Below, one piece after another: positions 1 through 17,000 of a stretch of 64,000 bases of DNA. Every line of letters starts with the position of its first letter. The stretch's first letter is position 1. Source of the stretch: Eledone cirrhosa. Its lineage: Eukaryota. The stretch spans positions 1 to 64,000 of the forward strand of contig CAXHJY010000842.1 of NCBI GenBank assembly GCA_964016885.1, given 5' to 3'. Below the pieces are notes generated by a model. The model had not been told where the DNA came from. It saw only the letters and a list, made by a program, of their open reading frames with translations, and did no database searches. A program made the translations under genes and the position numbers.

Positions 1-1285
1 CATACATAAATACACACATAATACATACATAAATACACACATAATACATACATAAATACACACATAATACATACATAAATACTCAGATAATACATACATA
101 AATACACACTTAATACATACATAAATACACACGTAATACATACATAAATACAGACATAATACATACATAAATACAGACATAATACATACATAAATACAAA
201 CATAATACATACATAAATACACACATAATACATACATAAATACACACATAATACATACATAAATACTCACATAATACATACATAAATACACACATAATAC
301 ATACATAAATACTCACATAATACATACATAAATACACACTTAATACATACATAAATAGACACATAATACATACATAAATACTCACATAATACATACATAA
401 ATACACACATAATACATACATAAATACTCACATAATACATACATAAATACACACATAATACATACATAAATACTCACATAATACATACATAAATACACAC
501 ATAATACATACATAAATACTCACATAATACATACATAAATACAGACATAATACATACATAAATACTCACATAATACATACATAAATACACACATAATACA
601 TACATAAATACACACATAATACATACATAAATACTCACATAATACATACATAAATACAGACATAATACATACATAAATACTCACATAATACATACATAAA
701 TACACACATAATACATACATAAATACACACATAATACATACATAAATACAGACATAATACATACATAAATACAGACATAATACATACATAAATACACACA
801 TAATACATACATAAATACACACATAATACATACATAAATACTCACATAATACATACATAAATACACACATAATACATACATAAATACTCACATAATACAT
901 ACATAAATACACACTTAATACATACATAAATACTCACATAATATATATATAAATACACACATAATACATACATAAATACTCACATAATATATATATAAAT
1001 ACACACATAATACATACATAAATACACACATAATACATACATAAATACACACATAATACATACATAAATACACACTTAATACATACATAAATACTCACAT
1101 AATACATACATAAATACTCACATAATACATACATAAATACACACATAATACATACATAAATACACACATAATACATACATAAATACACACATACATAAAT
1201 ACACACATAATACATACATAAATACACAGTTAATACATACATAAATACACACACACATAAATACACACATAAATACACACATAAT
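1..1285. repeat. 23-bp minisatellite (CATACATAAATACACACATAATA)n, runs off the window start
   Basis: Direct 23-bp periodicity with CA/CT/GA variants; the MYVLC ORFs are artefacts. Confidence 0.95.
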
Positions 1286-1638
1286 ACATACATACATACA
1301 GACATACATACATACATACATACGTACGTACGTACATACATACATAATACATACATACATACATACATACATACATACATACATACATACATACATACAT
1401 ACATACGTACGTACGTACATACATACATAATACATACATACATACATACATACATACATACATACATACATACATACATACATACGTACGTACGTACGTA
1501 CGTACGTACATACATACATACATACATACATACATACATACATACGTACGTACGTACGTACGTACGTACGTACGTACATACATACATACATACATACATA
1601 CATACATACATACATACATACATACATACATACATACA

Positions 1639-1670
<32 letters not shown>
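1286..1670. repeat. (TACA)n/(TACG)n microsatellite
   Basis: Seen directly. Confidence 0.95.
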
Positions 1671-1721
1671 CTTACACCCATATACATATGCCAAAACATA
1701 CATACAGTTGTAGACACATAC

Positions 1722-1818
1722 GTGTATCATAGAGTACTTCTGAATACGTGACATAAATGAAAAAATAATTTTCTGCAGCCGTTTCCTCCCGACCTCCGTC
1801 ATTCGCTTTTGTTTCCAT
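1722..1818 (-). CDS. Candidate first coding exon of an unidentified host gene (METKANDGGREETAAENYFFIYVTYSEVLYDT, phase-1 end)
   Basis: Unique-sequence island between two repeats; ATG in ACT-ATG-G context, upstream in-frame TGA, 32 open codons, then donor C|GTATGT. No homology recognised. Confidence 0.3.
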
Positions 1819-2019
1819 AGTAACAGCACCACCTCCATCACCACTGCCCTTCCAATCACCCCACCGTTGACACCATCACCATAATCACCATCGATACCGC
1901 GTAACCAACATCCATTCCATCACCATCACAATCACCAATACCACCAAAAAATAACCTCCACCACCATTACAATTACCACTATGACAACCACAATCTTCAT
2001 GGCAACCACCACCCCATCA

Positions 2020-5000
2020 CCATCATCCCCAATACCACCAGCACCACAACCACCAGTACCACAACCACCGGCACCACTACCACCAGTACCAATACCACCA
2101 GTACCACAACCACCAGCACCACTACCACCAGTACCACAACCACCAGTACCACAACCACCAGCACCACAACCACCAGTACCAATACCACCAGTACCACAAC
2201 CACCGGCACCACTACCACCAGTACCAATACCACCAGTACCACAACCACCAGCACCACTACCACCAGTACCACAACCACCAGTACCACAACCACCAGCACC
2301 ACAACCACCAGTACCAATACCACCAGCACCACAACCACCAGTACCACAACCACCAGCACCACTACCACCAGTACCAATACCACCAGTACCACAACCACCA
2401 GTACCACTACCACCAGTACCACAACCACCAGTACCACAACCACCAGCACCACTACCACCAGTACCAATACCACCAGTACCACAACCACCAGCACCACTAC
2501 CACCAGTACCAATACCACCAGTACCACAACCACCAGCACCACTACCACCAGTACCAATACCACCAGTACCACAACCACCAGTACCACAACCACCAGCACC
2601 ACAACCACCAGTACCAATACCACCAGCACCACAACCACCAGTACCACAACCACCAGCACCACTACCACCAGTACCAATACCACCAGTACCACAACCACCA
2701 GTACCAATACCACCAGCACCAATACCACCAGTACCAATACCACCAGTACCAATACCACCAGCACCACAACCACCACCGCCACAACCACCAGTACCACAAC
2801 CACCAGTACCACAACCACCAGTACCACAACCACCAGTACCACTACCACCAGCACCACAACCACCAACACCACAACCACCTGTACCAATACCACCAGTACC
2901 ACAACCACCAGTACCAATACCACCAGTACCAATACCACCAGTACCAATACCACCAGCACCACAACCACCACCGCCACAACCACCAGTACCACAACCACCA
3001 GTACCACAACCACCAGTACCACAACCACCAGTACCACTACCACCAGCACCACAACCACCAACACCACAACCACCAGTACCAATACCACCAGTACCACAAC
3101 CACCAGTACCAATACCACCAGTACCGCAACCACCAGTACCACTACCACCAGTACCACAACCACCAGCACCACTACCACCAGTACCACAACCACCAGTACC
3201 AATACCACCAGCACCAATACCACCAGTACCAATACCCCCAGTACCAATACCACCAGCACCACAACCACCACCGCCACAACCACCAGTACCACAACCACCA
3301 GTACCACAACCACAAGTACCACAACCACCAGTACCACAACCACCAACACCACAACCACCAGTACCAATACCACCAGTACCACAACCACCAGTACCACAAC
3401 CACCAGTACCACAACCACCGGTACCACAACCACCACCACCACAACCACCAACCACACAGCCACCAGTAACACAACCACCAAAACCACAACCACCAAAACC
3501 ACAACCACCAACACCACAAACACCAACACCTCAACCACCAGTACCACAATCACCGGTACCGCAAACACCACCACCACAACCACCAGTACCACAACCACCA
3601 AAACCACAACCACCAAAACCACAACCACCAGCACCACAACCACCAGTACCACAACCACCGGCACCACTACCACCAGTACCAATACCACCAGTACCACAAC
3701 CACCAGCACCACTACCACCAGTACCACAACCACCAGTACCACAACCACCAGCACCACAACCACCAGTACCAATACCACCAGTACCACAACCACCGGCACC
3801 ACTACCACCAGTACCAATACCACCAGTACCACAACCACCAGCACCACTACCACCAGTACCACAACCACCAGTACCACAACCACCAGCACCACAACCACCA
3901 GTACCAATACCACCAGCACCACAACCACCAGTACCACAACCACCAGCACCACTACCACCAGTACCAATACCAGCAGTACCACAACCACCAGTACCACTAC
4001 CACCAGTACCACAACCACCAGTACCACAACCACCAGCACCACTACCACCAGTACCAATACCACCAGTACCACAACCACCAGCACCACTACCACCAGTACC
4101 AATACCACCAGTACCACAACCACCAGCACCACTACCACCAGTACCAATACCACCAGTACCACAACCACCAGTACCACAACCACCAGCACCACAACCACCA
4201 GTACCAATACCACCAGCACCACAACCACCAGTACCACAACCACCAGCACCACTACCACCAGTACCAATACCACCAGTACCACCATCACCAGTACCAATAC
4301 CACCAGCACCAATACCACCAGTACCAATACCACCAGTACCAATACCACCAGCACCACAACCACCACCGCCACAACCACCAGTACCACAACCACCAGTACC
4401 ACAACCACCAGTACCACAACCACCAGTACCACTACCACCAGCACCACAACCACCAACACCACAACCACCAGTACCAATACCACCAGTACCACAACCACCA
4501 GTACCAATACCACCAGTACCAATACCACCAGTACCAATACCACCAGCACCACAACCACCAGCACCACAACCACCAGCACCACAACCACCAGCACCACAAC
4601 CACCAGCACCACAACGACCAACACCACACCCACGAATACCACAACCACCAGCACCACTACCACCAGTACCACAACCACAAGTACCACAACCACCAGCACC
4701 ACTACCACCAGTACCACAACCACCAGTACCACAATCACCAGTACCACAACCACCAGTACCACTATCACCAGTACTACAACCACCAACACCACAACCACCA
4801 CACCTCAACCACCAGTACCACAACCACCAGCACCACTACCACCAGTACCACAACCACCAGTACCACAACCACCAGTACCACAACAACCAACACCACAACC
4901 ACCAGTACCACAACTACCAGTACCACAACCAACAGCGCCACTACCAGCAGTACCACAACGACCGATACCACAACCACCACTACCACACCACCAACACCAC

Positions 5001-8000
5001 AACCACCAGTACACAACCACCAGCACCACAACCACCACTACCACTACCACCAACTCCACAACCTCCACTACCACAACAACCAGTACCACAACCACGACCA
5101 CCACAACCACCAGCACTATACCACCAGTACCACAACCACCAACACCACAACCACCAACACCACAACCACCAGTACACCAACCATCAGTACCACTACCACC
5201 AGTACCACTACCACCAGTACCACAACCACCAGTACCACAACCACCAGTACCACAACCACCAGTACCACAACGACCAGTACCACTACCACCAGCACCACTA
5301 CCACCAGTACCACAACCACCAACACCACAACCACTAACACCACAACCACCAACACCACAACCACCAGTACCACAACCACCAGTACCACAACCACCAGTAC
5401 CACAACCACCAGTGCCACAACCACCAGTACCACTACCACCAGCACCACTACCACCAGTACCACAACCACCAACACTACAACCACCAACACCACAACCACC
5501 AACACCACAACCACCAGTACCACAACCACCAGTACCACAACCACCACTACCACACCACCAACACCACAACCACCAGTACACAACCACCAGCACCACAACC
5601 ACCAGTACCACAACCACCAACTCCACAACCACCAACATCACAACCACCAACACCACACCCACGAATACCACAACCACCAACACCACAACCACCAGCACCA
5701 CAACCACCAGCACCACAACCACCAACACCACAACCACCAACACCGCAACCACCAGCACCACTACCACCAGTACCACAACCACCAGTACCACAACCACCAG
5801 CACCACTACCACCAGTACCACAACCACCAGTACCACAACCACCAGCACCACTACCACCAGTACCACAACCACCGGTACCACAACCACCAGCACCACTACC
5901 ACCAGTACCACAACCACCAGTACCACAACCACCAGAACCACTACCACCAGTACCACAACCACCAGTACCACAACCACCAGCACCACTACCACCAGTACCA
6001 CAACCACCAGTACCACAATCACCAGTACCACAACCACCAGTACCACAACCACCAGTACCACAACCACCAGTACCACAACCACCAGTACCACAACAACCAA
6101 CACCGCAACCACCAGCACCACTACCACCAGTACCACAACCACCAGTACCACAACCACCAGCACCACTACCACCAGTACCACAACCACCAGTACCACAATC
6201 ACCAGTACCACAACCACCAGTACCACAACCACCAGTACCACAACCACCAGTACCACAACCACCAGTACCACAACAACCAACACCGCAACCACCAGCACCA
6301 CTACCACCAGTACCACAACAACCAACACCGCAACCACCAGCACCACTACCACCAGTACCACAACCACCAGTACCACAACCACCAGTACCACACCACCAGC
6401 ACCACTACCACCAGTACCACAACCACCAGTACCACAACCACCAGAACCACTACCACCAGTACCACAACCACCAGTACCACAACCACCAGCACCACTACCA
6501 CCAGTACCACAACCACCAGTACCACAATCACCAGTACCACAACCACCAGTACCACAACCACCAGTACCACAACAACCAGTACCACAACCACCAGCACCAC
6601 TACCAGCAGTACGACAACGACCAATACCACAACCACCACTACCACACCGCCAACTCCACAACCAGCATACACAACCACCAGCACCACAACCACCAGTACC
6701 ACAACCACCAACTCCACAACCTCCACTACCACAACCACCAACACCACAACCACCAGTACCACAACCACCAGTACCGCAACCACCAGTACCACTACCACCA
6801 GTACCACTACCACCAGTACCGCAACCACCAGTACCACAACCACCAGTACCACAACCACCAGAACCACAACCACCAGCACCACAACCACCAGCACCACAAC
6901 CACCAGTACCACAACCACCAGAACCACAACCACCAGCACCACAACCACCAGCACCACAACCACCAACACCATAACCACCAGTACCACAACCACCAGCACC
7001 ACAACCACCAACACCATAACCACCTGTACCACAACCACCAGCACCACAACCATCTGTACCACAACAACCGGCACCACAACCACCAACACCACAACCACCA
7101 ACACCACAACCACCAACACCACAGCCACCAACACCACAACCACCAACACCACAACAACCAGTACCACAACCACCAGCACCACAACCACCAGCACCACAAC
7201 CACCAGCACCACAACCACCAGCACCACAACGACCAACACCATAACCACCAGTACCACAACCACCAGCACCACAACCACAAGTACCACAACCACCAGTACC
7301 ACAACCACCAACACCACAACCACCAGTACCAATACCACCAGTACCACAACCACCAGTACCACAACCACCAGTACCACAACCACCGGTACCACAACCACCA
7401 CCACCACAACCACCAACCACACAGCCACCAGTAACACAACCACCAAAACCACAACCACCAAAACCACAACCACCAACACCACAAACACCAACACCTCAAC
7501 CACCAGTACCACAATCACCGGTACCGCAAACACCACCACCACAACCACCAGTACCACAACCACCAAAACCACAACCACCAAAACCACAACCACCAGCACC
7601 ACAACCACCAGTACCACAACCACCGGCACCACTACCACCAGTACCAATACCACCAGTACCACAACCACCAGCACCACTACCACCAGTACCACAACCACCA
7701 GTACCACAACCACCAGCACCACAACCACCAGTACCAATACCACCAGTACCACAACCACCGGCACCACTACCACCAGTACCAATACCACCAGTACCACAAC
7801 CACCAGCACCACTACCACCAGTACCACAACCACCAGTACCACAACCACCAGCACCACAACCACCAGTACCAATACCACCAGCACCACAACCACCAGTACC
7901 ACAACCACCAGCACCACTACCACCAGTACCAATACCACCAGTACCACAACCACCAGTACCACTACCACCAGTACCACAACCACCAGTACCACAACCACCA

Positions 8001-11000
8001 GCACCACTACCACCAGTACCAATACCACCAGTACCACAACCACCAGCACCACTACCACCAGTACCAATACCACCAGTACCACAACCACCAGCACCACTAC
8101 CACCAGTACCAATACCACCAGTACCACAACCACCAGTACCACAACCACCAGCACCACAACCACCAGTACCAATACCACCAGCACCACAACCACCAGTACC
8201 ACAACCACCAGCACCACTACCACCAGTACCAATACCACCAGTACCACCATCACCAGTACCAATACCACCAGCACCAATACCACCAGTACCAATACCACCA
8301 GTACCAATACCACCAGCACCACAACCACCACCGCCACAACCACCAGTACCACAACCACCAGTACCACAACCACCAGTACCACAACCACCAGTACCACTAC
8401 CACCAGCACCACAACCACCAACACCACAACCACCAGTACCAATACCACCAGTACCACAACCACCAGTACCAATACCACCAGTACCAATACCACCAGTACC
8501 AATACCACCAGCACCACAACCACCAGCACCACAACCACCAGCACCACAACCACCAGCACCACAACCACCAGCACCACAACGACCAACACCACACCCACGA
8601 ATACCACAACCACCAGCACCACTACCACCAGTACCACAACCACAAGTACCACAACCACCAGCACCACTACCACCAGTACCACAACCACCAGTACCACAAT
8701 CACCAGTACCACAACCACCAGTACCACTATCACCAGTACTACAACCACCAACACCACAACCACCACACCTCAACCACCAGTACCACAACCACCAGCACCA
8801 CTACCACCAGTACCACAACCACCAGTACCACAACCACCAGTACCACAACAACCAACACCACAACCATCAGTACCACAACTACCAGTACCACAACCAACAG
8901 CGCCACTACCAGCAGTACCACAACGACCGATACCACAACCACCACTACCACACCACCAACACCACAACCACCAGTACACAACCACCAGCACCACAACCAC
9001 CACTACCACTACCACCAACTCCACAACCTCCACTACCACAACAACCAGTACCACAACCGCGACCACCACAACCACCAGCACTATACCACCAGTACCACAA
9101 CCACCAACACCACAACCACCAACACCACAACCACCAGTACACCAACCATCAGTACCACTACCACCAGTACCACTACCACCAGTACCACAACCACCAGTAC
9201 CACAACCACCAGTACCACAACCACCAGTACCACAACGACCAGTACCACTACCACCAGCACCACTACCACCAGTACCACAACCACCAACACCACAACCACT
9301 AACACCACAACCACCAACACCACAACCACCAGTACCACAACCACCAGTACCACAACCACCAGTACCACAACCACCAGTGCCACAACCACCAGTACCACTA
9401 CCACCAGCACCACTACCACCAGTACCACAACCACCAACACTACAACCACCAACACCACAACCACCAACACCACAACCACCAGTACCACAACCACCAGTAC
9501 CACAACCACCACTACCACACCACCAACACCACAACCACCAGTACACAACCACCAGCACCACAACCACCAGTACCACAACCACCAACTCCACAACCACCAA
9601 CATCACAACCACCAACACCACACCCACGAATACCACAACCACCAACACCACAACCACCAGCACCACAACCACCAGCACCACAACCACCAGCACCACAACC
9701 ACCAACACCACAACCACCAACACCGCAACCACCAGCACCACTACCACCAGTACCACAACCACCAGTACCACAACCACCAGCACCACTACCACCAGTACCA
9801 CAACCACCAGTACCACAACCACCAGCACCACTACCACCAGTACCACAACCACCGGTACCACAACCACCAGCACCACTACCACCAGTACCACAACCACCAG
9901 TACCACAACCACCAGAACCACTACCACCAGTACCACAACCACCAGTACCACAACCACCAGCACCACTACCACCAGTACCACAACCACCAGTACCACAATC
10001 ACCAGTACCACAACCACCAGTACCACAACCACCAGTACCACAACCACCAGTACCACAACCACCAGTACCACAACAACCAACACCGCAACCACCAGCACCA
10101 CTACCACCAGTACCACAACCACCAGTACCACAACCACCAGCACCACTACCACCAGTACCACAACCACCAGTACCACAATCACCAGTACCACAACCACCAG
10201 TACCACAACCACCAGTACCACAACCACCAGTACCACAACCACCAGTACCACAACAACCAACACCGCAACCACCAGCACCACTACCACCAGTACCACAACA
10301 ACCAACACCGCAACCACCAGCACCACTACCACCAGTACCACAACCACCAGTACCACAACCACCAGTACCACACCACCAGCACCACTACCACCAGTACCAC
10401 AACCACCAGTACCACAACCACCAGAACCACTACCACCAGTACCACAACCACCAGTACCACAACCACCAGCACCACTACCACCAGTACCACAACCACCAGT
10501 ACCACAATCACCAGTACCACAACCACCAGTACCACAACCACCAGTACCACAACCACCAGTACCACAACAACCAGTACCACAACCACCAGCACCACTACCA
10601 GCAGTACGACAACGACCAATACCACAACCACCACTACCACACCGCCAACTCCACAACCAGCATACACAACCACCAGCACCACAACCACCAGTACCACAAC
10701 CACCAACTCCACAACCTCCACTACCACAACCACCAACACCACAACCACCAGTACCACAACCACCAGTACCGCAACCACCAGTACCACTACCACCAGTACC
10801 ACTACCACCAGTACCGCAACCACCAGTACCACAACCACCAGTACCACAACCACCAGAACCACAACCACCAGCACCACAACCACCAGCACCACAACCACCA
10901 GTACCACAACCACCAGAACCACAACCACCAGCACCACAACCACCAGCACCACAACCACCAACACCATAACCACCAGTACCACAACCACCAGCACCACAAC

Positions 11001-14000
11001 CACCAACACCATAACCACCTGTACCACAACCACCAGCACCACAACCATCTGTACCACAACAACCGGCACCACAACCACCAACACCACAACCACCAACACC
11101 ACAACCACCAACACCACAGCCACCAACACCACAACCACCAACACCACAACAACCAGTACCACAACCACCAGCACCACAACCACCAGCACCACAACCACCA
11201 GCACCACAACCACCAGCACCACAACGACCAACACCATAACCACCAGTACCACAACCACCAGCACCACAACCACCAGCATCACAACCACCAGCACCACTAC
11301 CAGCAGTACCACAACGACCAATACCACACCCACGAATACCACAACCACCAGCACCCCAACCACCAGCACCACAACCACCAACACCACAACCACCAACACC
11401 ACAACCACCAGCACCACAACCACCAACACCACAACCACCAGCACCACAACCACCAGTACCACAACCACCAACACCACAACCACCAACACCACAACCACCA
11501 ACAACACAACCACCAGTACCACAACCACCAGCACAACTACCACCAGTACCACAACCACAAGTACCACAACCACCAGCACCACTACCACCAGTACCACAAC
11601 CACCGGTACCACAACCACCAGCACCACTACCACCAGTACCACAACCACCAGTACCACAATCACCAGTACCACAACCACCAGTACCACTATCACCAGTACT
11701 ACAACCACCAACACCACAACCACCACACCACAACCACCAGTACCACAACCACCAGCACCACTACCACCAGTACCAGTACCACAACTACCAGTACCACAAC
11801 CACCAGCGCCACTACCAGCAGTATCACAACCACCAGCACCACAACCACCAGTACCACAACCACCAACTCCACAACCTCTACTACCACAACCACCAGTACC
11901 AAAACCACGACCACCACAACCACCAGCACTATACCACCAGTACCACAACCACCAACACCACAACCACCAACACCACAACCACCAGTACCACAACCAACAG
12001 TACCACTACCACCAGTACCACAACTACCAGTACCACAACCACTGGTACCACAAACAGAAGAACCACAACCACCAGTACAACTACCACCAGTACCACTACC
12101 ACCAGTACCACAACGACCAGTACCACTACCACCAGCACCACTACCACCAGTACCACAACCACCAACACCACAACCACTAACACCACAACCACCAACACCA
12201 CAACCACCAGTACCACAACCACCAGCACAACTACCACCAGTACCACAACCACCAGTACCACAACCACCAGAACCACAACCACCAGCACCACAACCACCAG
12301 CACCACAACCACCAACACCATAACCACCAGTACCACAACCACCAGCACCACAACCACCAACACCATAACCACCTGTACCACAACCACCAGCACCACAACC
12401 ATCTGTACCACAACAACCGGCACCACAACCACCAACACCACAACCACCAACACCACAACCACCAACACCACAGCCACCAACACCACAACCACCAACACCA
12501 CAACAACCAGTACCACAACCACCAGCACCACAACCACCAGCACCACAACCACCAGCACCACAACCACCAGCACCACAACGACCAACACCATAACCACCAG
12601 TACCACAACCACCAGCACCACAACCACAAGTACCACAACCACCAGTACCACAACCACCAACACCACAACCACCAGTACCAATACCACCAGTACCACAACC
12701 ACCAGTACCACAACCACCAGTACCACAACCACCGGTACCACAACCACCACCACCACAACCACCAACCACACAGCCACCAGTAACACAACCACCAAAACCA
12801 CAACCACCAAAACCACAACCACCAACACCACAAACACCAACACCTCAACCACCAGTACCACAATCACCGGTACCGCAAACACCACCACCACAACCACCAG
12901 TACCACAACCACCAAAACCACAACCACCAAAACCACAACCACCAGCACCACAACCACCAGTACCACAACCACCGGCACCACTACCACCAGTACCAATACC
13001 ACCAGTACCACAACCACCAGCACCACTACCACCAGTACCACAACCACCAGTACCACAACCACCAGCACCACAACCACCAGTACCAATACCACCAGTACCA
13101 CAACCACCGGCACCACTACCACCAGTACCAATACCACCAGTACCACAACCACCAGCACCACTACCACCAGTACCACAACCACCAGTACCACAACCACCAG
13201 CACCACAACCACCAGTACCAATACCACCAGCACCACAACCACCAGTACCACAACCACCAGCACCACTACCACCAGTACCAATACCACCAGTACCACAACC
13301 ACCAGTACCACTACCACCAGTACCACAACCACCAGTACCACAACCACCAGCACCACTACCACCAGTACCAATACCACCAGTACCACAACCACCAGCACCA
13401 CTACCACCAGTACCAATACCACCAGTACCACAACCACCAGCACCACTACCACCAGTACCAATACCACCAGTACCACAACCACCAGTACCACAACCACCAG
13501 CACCACAACCACCAGTACCAATACCACCAGCACCACAACCACCAGTACCACAACCACCAGCACCACTACCACCAGTACCAATACCACCAGTACCACCATC
13601 ACCAGTACCAATACCACCAGCACCAATACCACCAGTACCAATACCACCAGTACCAATACCACCAGCACCACAACCACCACCGCCACAACCACCAGTACCA
13701 CAACCACCAGTACCACAACCACCAGTACCACAACCACCAGTACCACTACCACCAGCACCACAACCACCAACACCACAACCACCAGTACCAATACCACCAG
13801 TACCACAACCACCAGTACCAATACCACCAGTACCAATACCACCAGTACCAATACCACCAGCACCACAACCACCAGCACCACAACCACCAGCACCACAACC
13901 ACCAGCACCACAACCACCAGCACCACAACGACCAACACCACACCCACGAATACCACAACCACCAGCACCACTACCACCAGTACCACAACCACAAGTACCA

Positions 14001-17000
14001 CAACCACCAGCACCACTACCACCAGTACCACAACCACCAGTACCACAATCACCAGTACCACAACCACCAGTACCACTATCACCAGTACTACAACCACCAA
14101 CACCACAACCACCACACCTCAACCACCAGTACCACAACCACCAGCACCACTACCACCAGTACCACAACCACCAGTACCACAACCACCAGTACCACAACAA
14201 CCAACACCACAACCATCAGTACCACAACTACCAGTACCACAACCAACAGCGCCACTACCAGCAGTACCACAACGACCGATACCACAACCACCACTACCAC
14301 ACCACCAACACCACAACCACCAGTACACAACCACCAGCACCACAACCACCACTACCACTACCACCAACTCCACAACCTCCACTACCACAACAACCAGTAC
14401 CACAACCGCGACCACCACAACCACCAGCACTATACCACCAGTACCACAACCACCAACACCACAACCACCAACACCACAACCACCAGTACACCAACCATCA
14501 GTACCACTACCACCAGTACCACTACCACCAGTACCACAACCACCAGTACCACAACCACCAGTACCACAACCACCAGTACCACAACGACCAGTACCACTAC
14601 CACCAGCACCACTACCACCAGTACCACAACCACCAACACCACAACCACTAACACCACAACCACCAACACCACAACCACCAGTACCACAACCACCAGTACC
14701 ACAACCACCAGTACCACAACCACCAGTGCCACAACCACCAGTACCACTACCACCAGCACCACTACCACCAGTACCACAACCACCAACACTACAACCACCA
14801 ACACCACAACCACCAACACCACAACCACCAGTACCACAACCACCAGTACCACAACCACCACTACCACACCACCAACACCACAACCACCAGTACACAACCA
14901 CCAGCACCACAACCACCAGTACCACAACCACCAACTCCACAACCACCAACATCACAACCACCAACACCACACCCACGAATACCACAACCACCAACACCAC
15001 AACCACCAGCACCACAACCACCAGCACCACAACCACCAGCACCACAACCACCAACACCACAACCACCAACACCGCAACCACCAGCACCACTACCACCAGT
15101 ACCACAACCACCAGTACCACAACCACCAGCACCACTACCACCAGTACCACAACCACCAGTACCACAACCACCAGCACCACTACCACCAGTACCACAACCA
15201 CCGGTACCACAACCACCAGCACCACTACCACCAGTACCACAACCACCAGTACCACAACCACCAGAACCACTACCACCAGTACCACAACCACCAGTACCAC
15301 AACCACCAGCACCACTACCACCAGTACCACAACCACCAGTACCACAATCACCAGTACCACAACCACCAGTACCACAACCACCAGTACCACAACCACCAGT
15401 ACCACAACCACCAGTACCACAACAACCAACACCGCAACCACCAGCACCACTACCACCAGTACCACAACCACCAGTACCACAACCACCAGCACCACTACCA
15501 CCAGTACCACAACCACCAGTACCACAATCACCAGTACCACAACCACCAGTACCACAACCACCAGTACCACAACCACCAGTACCACAACCACCAGTACCAC
15601 AACAACCAACACCGCAACCACCAGCACCACTACCACCAGTACCACAACAACCAACACCGCAACCACCAGCACCACTACCACCAGTACCACAACCACCAGT
15701 ACCACAACCACCAGTACCACACCACCAGCACCACTACCACCAGTACCACAACCACCAGTACCACAACCACCAGAACCACTACCACCAGTACCACAACCAC
15801 CAGTACCACAACCACCAGCACCACTACCACCAGTACCACAACCACCAGTACCACAATCACCAGTACCACAACCACCAGTACCACAACCACCAGTACCACA
15901 ACCACCAGTACCACAACAACCAGTACCACAACCACCAGCACCACTACCAGCAGTACGACAACGACCAATACCACAACCACCACTACCACACCGCCAACTC
16001 CACAACCAGCATACACAACCACCAGCACCACAACCACCAGTACCACAACCACCAACTCCACAACCTCCACTACCACAACCACCAACACCACAACCACCAG
16101 TACCACAACCACCAGTACCGCAACCACCAGTACCACTACCACCAGTACCACTACCACCAGTACCGCAACCACCAGTACCACAACCACCAGTACCACAACC
16201 ACCAGAACCACAACCACCAGCACCACAACCACCAGCACCACAACCACCAGTACCACAACCACCAGAACCACAACCACCAGCACCACAACCACCAGCACCA
16301 CAACCACCAACACCATAACCACCAGTACCACAACCACCAGCACCACAACCACCAACACCATAACCACCTGTACCACAACCACCAGCACCACAACCATCTG
16401 TACCACAACAACCGGCACCACAACCACCAACACCACAACCACCAACACCACAACCACCAACACCACAGCCACCAACACCACAACCACCAACACCACAACA
16501 ACCAGTACCACAACCACCAGCACCACAACCACCAGCACCACAACCACCAGCACCACAACCACCAGCACCACAACGACCAACACCATAACCACCAGTACCA
16601 CAACCACCAGCACCACAACCACCAGCATCACAACCACCAGCACCACTACCAGCAGTACCACAACGACCAATACCACACCCACGAATACCACAACCACCAG
16701 CACCCCAACCACCAGCACCACAACCACCAACACCACAACCACCAACACCACAACCACCAGCACCACAACCACCAACACCACAACCACCAGCACCACAACC
16801 ACCAGTACCACAACCACCAACACCACAACCACCAACACCACAACCACCAACAACACAACCACCAGTACCACAACCACCAGCACAACTACCACCAGTACCA
16901 CAACCACAAGTACCACAACCACCAGCACCACTACCACCAGTACCACAACCACCGGTACCACAACCACCAGCACCAATACCACCAGTACCACAACCACCAG

